From the NCBI RefSeq assembly GCF_009914755.1, contig NC_060931.1: a stretch of DNA of 64,000 bases; one strand, 5' to 3'. The position numbers and the translations under genes are program-made. The notes beneath the pieces were generated by a model, which saw nothing but the letters and a program-made list of their open reading frames with translations, was not told the origin of the DNA and made no database searches. The DNA is from the human T2T-CHM13v2.0 reference genome, Homo sapiens. This document shows, piece by piece, positions 14,236-28,449 of this stretch. Within the stretch, counting starts at the first letter, position 1, and each line of letters opens with the position of its first letter.

Positions 14236-15637
14236 TTTTACTTTTGTCCAGCTTTATTGAAGTATAATTAACAAATAAAAATTGTATATATTTATGGTGC
14301 ACTATGTGATGTTTTGATATATATTCACATAGTGAAATAATCCCTACAGACAAGCTAGTTAGCATATGCATCCTCTCACATAGTCAGCATTTTGTGTATG
14401 TGTGTGTGTGGTAAGAATATTTAAAATCTACTCTCTTAGCGAATTTTAAGTATACAATATAGTATTATTAACTATAGTCACCATGCTGTCCATTAGATCT
14501 CCAGAACTTTCATTCTGCGTAACTAAACTTTGAACATGCTGACCAACATCCCTCCCTCTGCCTCATCCCCTAGCCTCCAGTACCACAATGCTACTCTCTG
14601 CTTCTATGAGGTTGACTTTTACATATTTCACATGTAAGTGAGATCATGTTACTGTTTATGTTTCTGTGCCTGGCTTATTTCACTTAGCATGATGTTCTCT
14701 ACATTCATCTATGTTGTTGTAAATGATAGGATCTCCTTCCTTTTTATGGATGAATAATATTCCATTTTATATGCCCATTGACACTTAGATTGATTCTATA
14801 TCTTGACTAATGTGAATAATGCTGCAGTAAACATGGGAGTGCAGATGTCTCTTTGACATACTGATTTTCTTTCAATATATGCCCAGAAGTTGGATTGCTT
14901 CATCATATAGTAGTTTCATTTTTAATTTTTTTGAGGAACCTCCACAGTGTTTTCCATTATGGCTATGCCATATCATGTACCCACCAACAGTGTGCAAGGG
15001 TTTTCTTTTTTCTCTTTGTCCCCATCAGCATTTGTTATCCTTCTTTTTTTGATACTAATTATTCTAACAGATATGAGGTGATATCTCACTGTGGTGTTAA
15101 TTTGCATTTTCCTGATGATTAGTGATTTTTAGCACCTTTATATACCCCTGCTGACTATTGGCATGTCTTCTTTTTAGAAATGTCTATCAAGCCTTTTGCC
15201 CTTTTGAAAATTGTTTTTTTTTCCTTGTTATTAGTTGGTTGAGTTTCTATATATTTTGGATATCAACACCTCATCAAATGTAAGGTTTGCAAATAATTTC
15301 TCCTAATCTAATCTGTAGGTTGTCTTTTCATTCTGCTCACTGTTTTCTTTGCTGTGCAGAAACGTTTCAGTTTGATGCAGTCCCATTTGTCTATCTTTCC
15401 TGTTGTTGCTCATGCTTTTGGGGTCATATCCAAAAAAATGATTTCCCAGGCCAACGTCAGAACACTTTTTTCCCTATATTTTGTCTAGTAGTTTTACAGG
15501 TTCAGACATACATTCAAATATCTAATCCATTTTTAGTTTATTTTTGTATATGGTATGTGATAAGGGTCCAATTTCATTTTTTGAATTTGGATCCTGTTTT
15601 CTCATGTAGTGTGATGCCTTCAGGTTTGTTCTATTTC
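14236..15637 (-). mobile_element. L1MA (about L1MA8-10) 3' part
   Basis: CAGCTTTATTGAAGTATAATTAACAAATAAAAATTGTATATATTT 3' end; continues at 22711. Confidence 0.82.
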
Positions 15638-17214
15638 TTTCATCTTTCAAAAGTTTTTTTAATTTTAATTTTTATTTCAATAGTTTTGGAGGAACAGATG
15701 GTGTTTGGCTGCACAAAAAAGTTCTTTACTGGTGATTTCAGAGATTTTGGTCCACCCATCACCTGAGCAGTGTACACTGTACCCAATGTATAGTCTTTTA
15801 TCCCTCACCCCCTTCCCATCCTTCCCCCTAAGTCCCCAAAGTCCATTATATCATTTTTGTGTCTATGCATCCTCATAGCTTAGCTCTCACTTATAAATGA
15901 GAAGATGGACAGTGTTTGATTTTACATTTCTGAGTTACTTCACTTAGAATAATGGTCTCCAACTCCATCCAAGTTGCTGCAAATGCCATTATTTCATTCC
16001 TTTTTATGGCTGAGTAGTATGCTGTGGAGTATGTATACTATATTTTCTTTATTCACTTGTTGGTTGATGGGCATTTGGCTGGTTCCCTATTTTTGCAATT
16101 ATGAATTATGCTGCTATAAATGTGTATGCAAGTGTCTTTTTCATATAATGACTTCTTTTCTTCTGGGAGACATCCAGTAGTGGGATTCCTGGATCAAACT
16201 AGCTCTACTTTTAGTTATTTAAGGAATCTCCACACTGTTTTCCACAGTGGTTATAATACTTTGCTTTCTAACCAGCAGTATAAAAGTGTTCCTTTTTCAC
16301 CACATCCACACCAACATCTGTTATTTTTTAATTTTTTGATTTTGGCCATTCTTGCAGGAGTAAGGCGGTATCTCATTGTGATTTTGATTTGCATTTCCCT
16401 GATAATTAGTGATGTTGAGCATTTTTTCATATGTTTTTTGGCCATTTCTATATCTTCTTCTGAGAATTGTCTATTTATGTCCTTTGCCCACTTTTTTATG
16501 GGATTATTTGCTTTTTTCTTGCTGATTTGTTTGAGTTCCTTACAGATTCTGAATACTAGTCCTTTCTCAAATGCATAGTTTGTGAATATTTTTTCCCACT
16601 CTATGGGTTGTCTGTTTACTCTGCCAATTATTTCTTTGGCTGTGCAGAAACCTTTTAGTTTAATTAAGTCCCATCTATTTGTTTTTGTTTCTGTTGCATT
16701 TGCTTTTGGGTTCTTGGTCATGAACTCTTTGCCTAAGCCAATGTCTAGAAGAGTTTTTCTGTAGTTACTTTTCAGGATTTTTATGGTTTCAAGTCTTAGA
16801 TTTAAGTCTTTATCCATCTTGAGTTGATTTTTGTATAAGATGAGAGATAAGGATTTAGCTTCATTCTTTTAGATGTGGCTTGCCAATTATCCCAGCACCA
16901 TTGGTTGAATATGGTATCCTTTTCCCACTTTATGTTTTTGTTTGCCTTGTTGAGGATCAGTTGGCTTTATTTCTGGGTTCTCTATTCTGTCCTATTGGTC
17001 TATGTGCCTATTTTTATGCCAGTACCATGCTGTTTTGGAAATTGTAGCCTTGAAGTATAGTTTGAAGTTGGATAATGTAATGCCTCCAGATTTGTTCTTT
17101 TTGTTTGGTCTTGCTTTGGCTATGCAGGCTCTTTTTTGGTTCCAAATGAATTTAGAATTATTTTTTCTAGTTCTGTGAAGAATGATGAAGGTATTTTGAT
17201 GGGAGTTGCATTGA

Positions 17215-17548
<334 letters not shown>

Positions 17549-19102
17549 CAGTATGGTCATTTTCACAATATTGACTCTACTTATCCATAAGCATGGGAGG
17601 TGTTTCCATTTGTTTGTGTCATCCATGATTTCTTTCAGCAATATTTTGTAGTTTTCCTTGTAGAGATCTTTCATGTCCTTGGTTAGGTATATGCCTAAGT
17701 ACTTTTTTTTTTTTCAGCTGTTGTAAAAGGGGTTGAGTTCTTGATTCAATTCTCAGCTTTGTCACTGTTGGTATGTAGCATGCTACTGATTTGTGAACAT
17801 TTATTTTATTTCCTGAAACTTTACTGAATTCATTTATCAGATCTAGGAGCTTTTTGGATGAGTCTTTAGGGTTTTCTAGATATACAATCATATAATCAAT
17901 GAAAAGTGACAGTTTGACATTCTCTTTACCAATTTGGATGCCTTTTATTTCTTTCTCTTGTCTGATTTTTCTGGCTAGGACTTCCAGTAGTATGTTGAAT
18001 AGAAGTGGTGAAAATGGACATCCTTGTCTTGTTCCAGATCTCAGGGAAAATGCTTTCAACTTTTCCCCATTCAGAATTACATTGGCTATGGGTTTGTCAT
18101 AAATGGCTTTTATTACATTAAGGTATGTCCCTTCTATGCCGATTTTCCTGAGGGTTTTAATCATAGAGGGATGATGGATTTTGTCAAATGCTTTTTCTGC
18201 ATCTATTGAAATGATTCTGTGATTTTCGTTTTTAATTCTGTTTATGTGGTGTATCACATTTATTGACTTGTGTATGTTAAACCATCCCTGCATCCCTGGT
18301 ATGAAATCCATTTGATAATGGTGTGTTATTTTTTTTTGATATGCTGTTGGATTCGGTTAGCTAGTATTTTGTTGAGGATTTTTGCATCTATGTTCATCAG
18401 GGATATTGATCTATTGTTTTCTTGTAGTGTCAACAAGATTGGTACAAATTCTTCTTTGAATGTCTGATAGAATTCAGCTGTGAATCCATTGGGTCCTAGA
18501 CCTTTTTTTGTTGACAATTTTAAAATTACCATTTCAATCTTGCTGCTTGTTATTGGTGTGTTCAGACTTTCTATTTCTTCCTAGTTTAATCTAGGAGGGT
18601 TGTATATTTTTAGGAATTTATCCATTTCCTCTAGGTTTTCTAGTTTATGCATGTAAATGTGTTCATAGTAGCCTTGAATGATAATCTTTTGTATTTCTAT
18701 GGTATTAGTTGTAATATCTCCTGTTTTGTTTCTAATTGAACTTATTTAGATCTTCTCTCTTCTTTTCTTGGTTAACCTTGCTAATGGTCTATCAGTTTTA
18801 TTTATCTTTTCAAAGAACCAGCTTTTTGTTTCATTTATCTTTTATATTTTTTGTTTCAATTTCATTTAGTTCTGCTGTGATCTTTGTTATTTCTTTTCTT
18901 CTGCTTGGTTTGTGCTTGATTTGTTCTTGTTTCTCTAGTTCCTTGAGGTGTGACCTTAGATTGTCTATTTGTGCTCTTTCGGGTTGTTTTATGTAGGCAT
19001 TTTATGCTATGAAATTTCTCCTTAGTACAACATTTGCTGTATCCCAGAGGTTTTGTTAGGTTGTGTCACTATTATTGTTGAGTTTAAAGACTTTTTAAAT
19101 TT

Positions 19103-19168
19103 CCATCTTGATTTCATTGTTGACCCATCTTGATTTCATTGTTGACCCATCTTGATTTCATTGTTGAC
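19103..19168. repeat. 22-bp perfect triplication
   Basis: CCATCTTGATTTCATTGTTGAC x3. Confidence 0.95.
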
Positions 19169-20776
19169 CCAGTGATCATTCAGGAGCATAAAATACATGG
19201 ATTTTTTTTTTTATTATGAGGGTTCATCTTGGAGTTAATTTCCGATTCTATCCCACTATGGTATGAGAGGGTACTTGATATACTTTCAATTATCTTAGAT
19301 TTATTCAGACTTGTTCTGTGGCCTATAATGTGGTCTGTCTCTGCGAATGTTTCATGTTCTGGTGAAAAGAATGTATGTTCTGCATCTGTTGCATAGAATG
19401 TTCTGTAAATATTTATTAAGTCCATTTTGTTGTAGGATATAGTTTAAGTTCATTGTTTCTTTGTTGGCTTTCTGTCTTGGTGACCTGTCTAGTGCTTTCA
19501 GTGGAGTACTGAAGTCCCCCACTATTATTGTGCTGCCATCTGTCTCATTTCATGTCTAGTTATAATTGTTTTATAAATTTGGGAGCACCCATGTTAGGTG
19601 TGTATAAATTTAGGATTATGATATTTTTCTGTTGGACTGATCCTTTTATCATTATATAATGTCCCTCTTTGTCTTTTTTTAACTGTTGTTGCTTTAAAGT
19701 CTGTTTTGTCAGATATAAGAATAGCTACCCCTGCTCACTTTTGGTTTCCATTTTCATGGAATATCTTTTCCCACTCATTTACCTTAAGTTTATGTGAGTC
19801 CTTGTGCATTGGGTAAGTCTCGTGAAGACAGCAGATACTTGATTGGTAGATTTTTCTCCATTCTGCCATTCTGTATCTTTTAAGTGGAGCATTTAAGCCA
19901 TTTACATTCATTGTTAGTATTGCGATGTGAAGTACTGTGGTATTCATTTTTGCTACTTGTTGCCTAAATCCCTTTTTATAATTGTATTTTGTTTTCTAGG
20001 CCCTGTGAGATTTATGCTTTAAATAGGTTCTATTTTGGTATATTTTGAGGATTTGTTTCAACATTTAGAACTCCTTTTAGCATTTCTTGTAGCACTGGAT
20101 TGGTAGTGGTGAATTCTTTCAGTATTTGTGTGTCTGAAAATGACTTTATCTCTCTTTCATTTATGAAGCTTAGTTTTGCTACAGCCAAAATTCTTGGCTG
20201 ATAATTATTTTGTTTGAGGAGGCTAAAGATATGACCCCAATCCCTTTTGGCTTGCAGGATTTCTGCTGAGAAATCTGTTATTCATCTGATAGGTTTTCTT
20301 TTATAGGTTACTTAATGATTTTTGTCTCACAGCTCTTAACAATCTTTCCTTTATTTTGACTTTAGATAACCTGATTACTATGTGCCTGGGATTACTATCT
20401 TTCTGCGATGAATTTCACAGGTGTTCTTTGAGCTTCTTGTATTTGGATGTCTAGATCTTTTGCAAGGCCAGGGACATTTTTCTCAATTATTCCCTCAAAT
20501 ATGTTTTCCAAACTTTTAGATTTCTCTTCTACCTCAGGAATACCAATTATTCTTAGATTTGGCCATTTAACATAATTCCAAGTTTCTTGGAGGCCTTCTT
20601 CATTTTTACAAAATTCCTTCTTCTTTGTTTTTGTCTGATCGAATTAATTTGAAAAGCCTTGTATTTGAGCTCTGAAGTTCTTTCTTCTACTTGTTTGATT
20701 CTATTGTTGAAACTTTCCACTGCATTTTGTATTTCTCTAAGTCTGTCTTTCATTACTAGAAGTTGTTATTTAAAAA

Positions 20777-20856
20777 ATATATATATACACATATATATAC
20801 TTATACACATATATACATACATATATATATATACACACATACATATATATATATAA
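20777..20856. repeat. (TA)/(TACA) compound microsatellite in L1PB ORF1
   Basis: ATATATATACACATATATATAC... Confidence 0.85.
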
Positions 20857-22710
20857 AATACGTGGAGCATTTTTCATCCATATCCTGTTTTTTTTAATTT
20901 AAGTTAGTTTCCACCTTTCTCTGTTATCTCCTTGAGTAGCTTAATAATCAACCTTCTGAATTCTTTGGCAATTTAGAGCTTTCTTCTTGGTTTGGATCCA
21001 TTGCTAAGGAACTAGTGTGGTCTTTTAGGGATGTTACAGAACCTTGTTTTGTCATATTGCCAGACTAACTTTTCTGATTCCTTCTCATTTGGGTAGACTA
21101 TTTCTGCACAAAAGTCTGGAACTCAAGGGCTACTGTTCAGATTCTTTTGTCTCATGAAGTGGTCCCTTGGTGTGGTGTGTTCCCCCTTTCCCTAGGGATG
21201 GGGCTTCCTGTTAGCCAGACTGCAGTGATTCTTATTGCTCTTCTTGGTCTAGCCACCCATTTGGGCTACTGAGCTCTGGGCTGGTGCTAGATAATGTCTC
21301 CAAACAATCCTGTGATGTGATCCATCTTCAGGTCTCCCATTCATGGATACCAGCACCTGCTCTGGTGGAGGTGGCAGGGGAGTGAAGCAGACTCTGTGAC
21401 AGTCCTCGGTTGTAGATATTTTTAGTGTGCTGGCTTCTTAAATACTTGTTACGCTAGCAGTGAAGTTGTTACATGGACACACTCAGGACACACTCTGGTT
21501 AGCCAGGATGTTGCGGGCAGTGGAATTAGCTGTTGCCTTCTTCTTCCTGGGATCAGGCTTATTTTGTCATGAGTTGCTATAAGGATCTGAGTTGGTTGGC
21601 CTCCAGCCAGGAGGTGGTGCTTTCAAGAGGGCACCAGCTATGATAGTAGAAGGTGGATATAAGCTTGCCCTAAGTTGACCAGGGTAACTATTTGGGTTTC
21701 TCAGGCAATGGGAAGGGTCATAAAGCTCCCAAGAGTTTATATTTTGTAATACGCTACCAGGACAGGTAGAGAAATACCATCAGGTGGGAGCAGGGTTAGG
21801 TGGGTCTGAGCTCAGACACTTGAGTGGGGCTTGTTGTGACCACTGTGGGGGATAGGGGGTAGTTCTTGGGCCAATAGGGTTATGTTCCAGAGGAAATTAT
21901 GGCTGCATCCGTGGCTAGGGAAGTGGTGGAAAGGCATTAGTGATAGGCCTTACCCAGTTCCCACGTGTTGGTGAGACTGGTATCTTTTCCACTGTACCCT
22001 GCTAACAGCGCTAAGTTTGTCTCCAGGCAGCCTGTCCACAGGACTCAGACCTTACCCCAGACTATAAGTTTCCCCACTGAGAAAGCAAGCAAGGCTTTCA
22101 GGCCATGCCCCTTCCTGTCTGTCCACACTGTCTGCCTCAACTCCTGCTCTACTCTTTGAGGCAATTCCTGTTCACCCCCAGATTCTGCTCAAGAAAGTTT
22201 GCACCCAGTCAAAATTATTACAAAGTTCAGTTGGAAGCTCCTTTCATGCTGTGACCCCTCCCGAATTTTGCCAGCTGCCTTCACCAAGGTTCCCTGTGAG
22301 ATATAGTCAGGGATGGCTTCTCTGGGCTCAAGCTGGAGAACGAGAGTGCCTACAAGGCTCTTCCCCTGCTGCTTCTATTTTTATATTTTATGCTAAATCC
22401 GTTTAATCTCTAGGTAAGGTTAAGTCCTTTCCTCATGATTTGAATTTTCAGGCTCTCCAGTGGCAACATGTATTCAGAGGCAGGTTTTCCCCGCTCACGC
22501 TTTGGGAATGCACGGTTTTTTGCCTGTCTCATGGAATATACAGCATACTGCCACTTCTTTCAAAGGATCTGTGAATTCTTTCAGTTTTTCTGTTATGGTG
22601 CTGCTATCGTTCCTGAACCAAAAGTCCATGGTGTGAGTCTTTATACACTGTTGTGTCTGTCCAAGTGGGTGCTGCACATCAGCCCTGTCCCATATCCATC
22701 TTCCATTTAT

Positions 22711-24678
22711 CTCCTGGCTTTGTTCTTTTTATTCAAGATGACTTTGGCTACTCGGGGCCTTTTGTGCTTCCATACTAATTTTAAGATTTTTTTTTTCTAT
22801 TTCTGTGAATAATATCATCAGAATTTTGGCAGACATTGAATTGAATCTGTACACTGCTTTGGGTAGCATAGACATTTTGATAATATTAATTCTTACAACC
22901 TATGAACACAGGATATCTTTCCATTTATTTGTATCTTCTTCAATTTTTTTCATCAGTGTTTTATAGTTTTCAATGTACAGATCTTTTGCCTCCTTGGTTA
23001 AATTTATTCTTATGTATGTTTTGGCAGCTATTGTCATTGAAATTGCTTTCTTGATTTCTATTTTGGATAGTTCATTGTTAGTATGCAGAAATGCTACTGA
23101 CTTTTGTATGTTGATTTTGTCTCCTGCAGTTTTATTGAATTTATTGGTTCTAACAGTTTTTTGATGGTGTCTTTAGGATTCTTCTGTGTATAAAATCATG
23201 TCATCTGCAAACAAAGAAAATTTTACTTCTTTCTTTTTGATTTGGATGATTTTATTTCTTTCTCTTGTCTAATTGTTGTGGCTAGGACTTCCAGTACTAC
23301 ATATATTGTTTGTTTGTTTGTTCGTTTGGAGATGGAGGCTTGCTATGTTGCACAGGCTGGACTCAAACTCCTGGGCTCAAGTGATTCTTCCATCTCAGCC
23401 TCCCAAGTAGCTGGAACTATAGGGGTACACAAGCATGCCCAGCTTAGTACTATATTGAATGGAAGAGGGGAGATTGGGCAATCTTGTCTTGTTCCTAATC
23501 TTAAAGGAAAAGCTTTCAATTTGTCACTGTTGAGTAAGATGTTATCTGTGAACTTGTCATGTATGACCTTTGTTATGTTTAGGTAGTTTCTCTCTCTTCC
23601 TACTTTATTGGGTGTTTTTATCACAAAAGAGTGTTGAATTTTATCACATGCTTTTTTTTAATCTATTGAGATGATCACATGGTTTTTGTCCTTTATTCTG
23701 TGAATGTGGTATATTACATTTATTAATTTATTTATATTTAAAAGTCTGCACCCTAGGGACAAATTCCACTTAATCATGGTGAATGAGCCTTTTAATGTCC
23801 TGATGAATTTGGTTTGCTAGTATTTTCCTGAGAATTCCTGCATCTATGTTCATCAAGGATATTGGCTTGTATTTTATTTTCTTGTTGTTTTCTGACCTGA
23901 CTTTAGTATTAACATACTGGCTTCATAACATGAGTTTGAAAGTGTTCCCTCCGCTTCAATGTTTTGGAAAAATTTGAGAAGGATTGACATTAGTTCCTTA
24001 AGTATTTGGTAGAATTCACCAGTGAAGCCATCAGGTCCTAGGCTTTTCTTTTTATTACTGATTCAATCTTTTTCCTCCTTATTGGTCTGTTCAAATTTTC
24101 TATTTTTTCATGACTCAGTCTTGGTGGCTGTTTATTTATTTATTCTAGGTTCTTTGATTTGTTGGTATATAATTGTTCATGGCAGTCTCTTATGACACTA
24201 TATTTTTGTGGCACCTGATGTAATTTGTCTTTCATTTCTGATTTTATTTATTTCATTCTTTTCCCTTTTTTTCTTACTCTAGTTAAAATATTGTTGATTT
24301 TGTTTATCTTTTCAGAAAACTCACTCTTATTTGCATTGATCTTTTCTATTGCTTTTCTGGTCTCTATTTCATTTATTTCTACCCTCATCTCTGTTACTTC
24401 CTTCCTTCTACTAACTTTGGCCTTAGTTTGCTTTTCTTTTTTCTAATTCCTTGAGGTGTAACAGAAAGCTGTTTATCTGAAATCTTTTTTCTTTTTTGAT
24501 ATAGGTGTTTATTGGTATAAACTCCTGTCTTGGAACTGCTTTTGCTTCTTTCTATAAGTTTTGGTATGCTGTTGTCCATTTTCATTTTTCTCAAGATTTT
24601 TTTTAAATTTCTCTTTCAATTTCTTCTTTGATGCATTCATTGTTAAGTAGCATGTTGTTTAATTTTCATATACTTGTG
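22711..24678 (-). mobile_element. L1MA continuation (ORF2) with an Alu monomer at ~23305-23445
   Basis: Resumes at CTTTGTTCTTTTT...TTTGGCTACTCGGGG, where the part ending at 15637 stopped; peptide [20 protein letters not shown]. Confidence 0.82.
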
Positions 24679-24914
24679 GAACTCAGAATCTTTGGACAGG
24701 CTGACTGGTGAAGGGCTTTCCCTGCCAAAGCCAGTTTATAAAGACTGAAAGAGGTGCCTACTTCTTCAATTGTGCAAATACCAATGCAAGGCCACAGGAT
24801 TATAGATAATTGGGGAAAGATAACACTACCAAGGGAACAACAACAACAAGAAATGGAGATCTATAAACTGTCTAAAGAAGAATGCAAAATAATCATTTTT
24901 AAGAAGCTCTAGGG
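24679..24914 (+). mobile_element. Inverted L1M 5' UTR-end / ORF1-start fragment
   Basis: CAGAATCTTTGGACAGGCTGACTGGTGAAGGGCTTTCCCTGCC...GAAATGGAGATCTATAAACTG...TTTAAGAAGCTC in sense orientation. Confidence 0.65.
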
Positions 24915-25380
24915 AGTTCCACAGACTTGGTCAAGCTGGTCTGGTGTTTGGTCAGTGGGTAGATGATCCTAGTACCCTGATCCATCAAGTTAATTTTGGG
25001 ATCTAGGTCTGTAAGTGCAAGGCTGGATCTTGAGTTTACAAGGGTTTTCTGGTGCTGGGGTCCACTTATGTGGGTCTGGAAACTAGAGCCACAGGGGTAT
25101 TTCAGAAGCCTGGGTCCATGGGGGCTAACCTGATGTTGGGGGGAATTCCTGATCTTGAATACAAAGGCTTATATAGCCCTGGGGCAGTCCTAGTGTCTGG
25201 AGTCTGGCGGGGATGTCCTGAACCTGGGTTTATGAGTGTGGGCCTGGGTTTATGAGTGTGTGTATGCAGGGGCCAGCCCTGGTGCTGGGGTCTACTGGGG
25301 CAGGCCTGGAAACCAGATTTGTAGGGTTGGGCCTGGATCCTGCATCTGGGGTTCAGGTCTGGAGCCTGAGTCCAATGGAG
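24915..25380 (-). mobile_element. L1M 5' UTR GC-rich degenerate tandem-repeat region
   Basis: Repeated GGGCC..CCTGGTGCTGGGGTC..C motifs. Confidence 0.6.
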
Positions 25381-25384
25381 CATA

Positions 25385-25562
25385 TATCATTAATTTAAAA
25401 AGAATAGATAAATAAATATTTTTAAAATTTTTCTTTTCTAATTTCTTATACTGTAAATATTGATCAGTACCATTCAGGTAAACAAAAGCTCTTTGGGGGT
25501 CCTAAATAATTTTCTCAGGCTCTAAAGAAGTCCTAAGATTTTAAAAAGTTTAAGAATCATTG
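25385..25562 (+). mobile_element. Charlie1-type hAT, right part and terminus
   Basis: TAAATATTGAT...AAACAAAAGCTCTTTGGGGGTCCT...AAAAAGTTTAAGAATCATTG. Confidence 0.7.
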
Positions 25563-25597
25563 GTTTATAAAAATTTTTTTGTTAAATGGAGCTATAA

Positions 25598-25850
25598 TGC
25601 TCAGAATAGGCAAATCAATAGAGACAGAAATGAGATTAGTGATTGCCTAGGGTTGGTGGCGGTAGTGGGCTGGGGTGGGATTAGAAATTAGTTACTTAAC
25701 AGGTACAGAATTTCTTTTTGAGGTGATGAAAATATTCTAAGATTGTCTGTGGTGATGGTTGCACAATTCTATGAATCAAGTAAAAAGCACTGAATTGACT
25801 TTAATAGGTGGATTTTATGGTATATGAATTATATCTCAATAATATTGTTA
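25598..25850 (+). mobile_element. L1MB-like 3' end
   Basis: CAGAATAGGCAAATCAATAGAGACAGAAA...GTGGTGATGGTTGCACAA...GAATTATATCTCAATAA. Confidence 0.75.
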
Positions 25851-26769
25851 CCCAAAAAATTGAGTTATAATACTGGAGATTGTGGGAAATTTCAGCTCCT
25901 CAGCTTTTGTAACCATGACATCCTCCCACATATCTAAAAATATGTGGCATTTTTAGCTTAAAGAACAAAGATAATATGCCTTGTGGTATCTCCGCCAAAC
26001 TGAGTGAAGATCTCAAGGTACCTCTAAGATTCTCAAGGAGACTCAAACAAATAACATTATGACCTGGGTATGTACTGGTAAAACCACTGAGCCAATACCC
26101 CAGTGGAAGGATCCTTCTTCTCTGCTTCTAATCACATATGTCTCTGGTAAGTGTCACTGAAAGTGGTAGTCAATCATTACACCCCCTAGAAAGACCCATA
26201 AATATATGGGTATAGATATTTGGGTTAAAATCTACAAGGGAGTGGAAGCTGATGAAGAAGAAAAACAGTTTCCATAATAAACAGAACTTGTTGTCATATA
26301 TCCTAACAGGTAAATCTCAAGGTTTCCTTATTCTACTGCCTTTCAGAATAAACACTGAGACTCCTGCATTGTGTGTTAGTGTTTTACTTTCCTAGGCAAA
26401 TATTGTGAATTCTCCTTAAATCTTAAATATTTTATTGGATAATTAATATAACTTCTTTCAACTGCAGGTAGTCGCCTTTAAACAATCTTCTTCCAATTTG
26501 CCAACTTAAGACCACAAGGTATGACCTTCACCAGTCTGACCCATTCCCACATATCACAAAATCCCAGTGTGTCACAAGACCCAAGATTTCCATTTATAGT
26601 ACATGTTGTGATAGACCATAAATGCCTATATAAGTTTAAAAAGAAAGAAAAGGAAACAAGAATGTAAGTAATGGGAAGAATATGGGAAAATGGAGGCTAA
26701 TGTGGTCTCTATTCGTTGAGTGAGTTGAAGTAGCATGTCAGAGGTTGCTCATCACATCATAATCATCAT

Positions 26770-26915
26770 AAATTTGTATAGATTTACACAAATTTGTATT
26801 GATTTATGATGTAAAACTATAACAATTTTCTAGCATGTGGCAGTACAGTGTCTTGAGGAAGGGGTGCTTTTTTTCTAGTTCACAAAAAGTTGCCAACATT
26901 AGTCAGCAGTGATGG
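26770..26915. mobile_element. MER91-like (hAT-Tip100) MITE
   Basis: GGCAGTACAGTGTCTTGAGGAAGGGGTGCTTTTTTTCTAGTTCACAAAAAG. Confidence 0.5.
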
Positions 26916-27686
26916 AAATAGCCCTTCTTATTGGCTGACTATGGAGTACTTTCCAAGAGGAAATTAGGTTACAGAATATATATAATGAAAACCCATCATT
27001 TTGAGGTGCTAAGGAACTAGGAGTGATATTTTCTTTAGCCTCTTGCTGGTTTGTGGCCATTATCCTCCTTCCATCTTGCAATATGGTTTTCATGTACAAA
27101 AATGTTTTATTTAAAATTCTGAGGCTAGGGTCTTTTTTCACAATACCACACACAACAAGCAAAAGATTGGTTGATCCAGAATTGGGGTTGATTAGAGCAA
27201 TGCTAGAAGTAAAAAAGAACAAGGAAGAAAAAAAGGTATGGGATGAATATCACTGATGTCACAGAATGTAAGTTTAGACTGGAAAGGTTAAGGAAAAATA
27301 AATCATTAATAGAATGGAAGCATATAGAGGAATGGAAGAAAATGTGGTCTCAGTGAGTTGAGGTAGATAAAGCAATGGAAGGAGCAGAAGAATTGAGAAC
27401 TTCCCTGCCCTAATAACTGAAACAAAAATGCCCATGAGAAGAGAAAGATGTGTGCTTGATCTCCAGCCATAAGTTTAGCCTATAGAAGCTGAAGACAGAA
27501 TTATCTGTGCACAATTCTGACCAACATGAACAGGCCCAGCATTAGATTTCAAAATCTAGGCTTGCAAAATCACAGAAAGCCTCATGTGTCTCAAGAGTAT
27601 CTGGGTACCAATGGCCCACCCCTGCCCCTACTTGCTAGGGAACTAGAATCAAGAATTATTAGCAACCAAAGCTGCCTTTAAGTATA

Positions 27687-28070
27687 TGTAGAATGTCGAA
27701 TAATGGCCCACCCAAAGATGTTCATCTAAATTCCCAGAATTTGTGAATATGTTATGTTATACAGCAAGGAAAAATAAGATTGAGGATAAAATGAAGGTTG
27801 CTAATCAACTGACTTTAAGATTAGAAGAGTGTCCTGGATTATTCAAGTGTGCCCAATGTAATGACAAGGGTCTTTTAAGTGAGTAAGAGGGAGGTAGAGG
27901 CCAGGTGAGAAGAGAGATTTGAAGATGACACTCTGCTGGCTTTCAAGATGAAAGTGGGCCATGAGCTGAGTAATGTGGGTAACTTCTAGAAGCTTCAAAA
28001 GATGGGGGTATAGATTCTCTCCTAAAGCTTCTGAAAAGAAAAGCAGCCTTGCCAACATCTTGATTTTGGA
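27687..28070 (+). mobile_element. MLT1D-like LTR (3'-truncated)
   Basis: GAATAATGGCCCACCCAAAGATGT...TGTGAATATGTT...AAGGTTGCTAATCAACTGAC...GCCCAATGTAAT. Confidence 0.8.
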
Positions 28071-28449
28071 ATTTCAGCAGATGCAGAAATAACAATAAAT
28101 GCTAGCATTTAATAAATCTACTTTAATTCATCATTTCAAGTACGTGCACTTCTCCATTTGCTAAGTGCCCAGTGGCCAACACTATCTGAAAGATGCCCAA
28201 TCTGGAAATGCAGACACCAGGTGAAAAGGTTGCTATTAACCCAGATATCTTTCAAGTAAGAACTTTACCACTACCTGGTCCTCATGGAAGAAGCAGAAAG
28301 ACATTCTTTCTGTAGAGAACATCTAGAGGGAATTCTAGGTATTAGGAAGGCTGAGAGCTTTATCAAAACAAGTAAAGGAACAGGAAGCAGCAAAATGGAG
28401 ATGCTTCCCCAGCAGACCCTACTGTGTTGGTTGATTTTTGCTGTGGAAT

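Noticed and set aside
17619-18311. 230-aa reverse transcriptase ORF as a functional or domesticated gene
   Set aside because: It is a fragment of decayed L1PB ORF2. The catalytic FADD motif reads FIDY, it is frameshifted, and an AluY lies just downstream.
25860-27680. Apparently unique DNA, including ORFs 26899-27222 and 27023-27256, as possible exons
   Set aside because: No recognisable protein similarity, CpG island or convincing splice structure. A non-coding or small exon cannot be excluded without alignment data.
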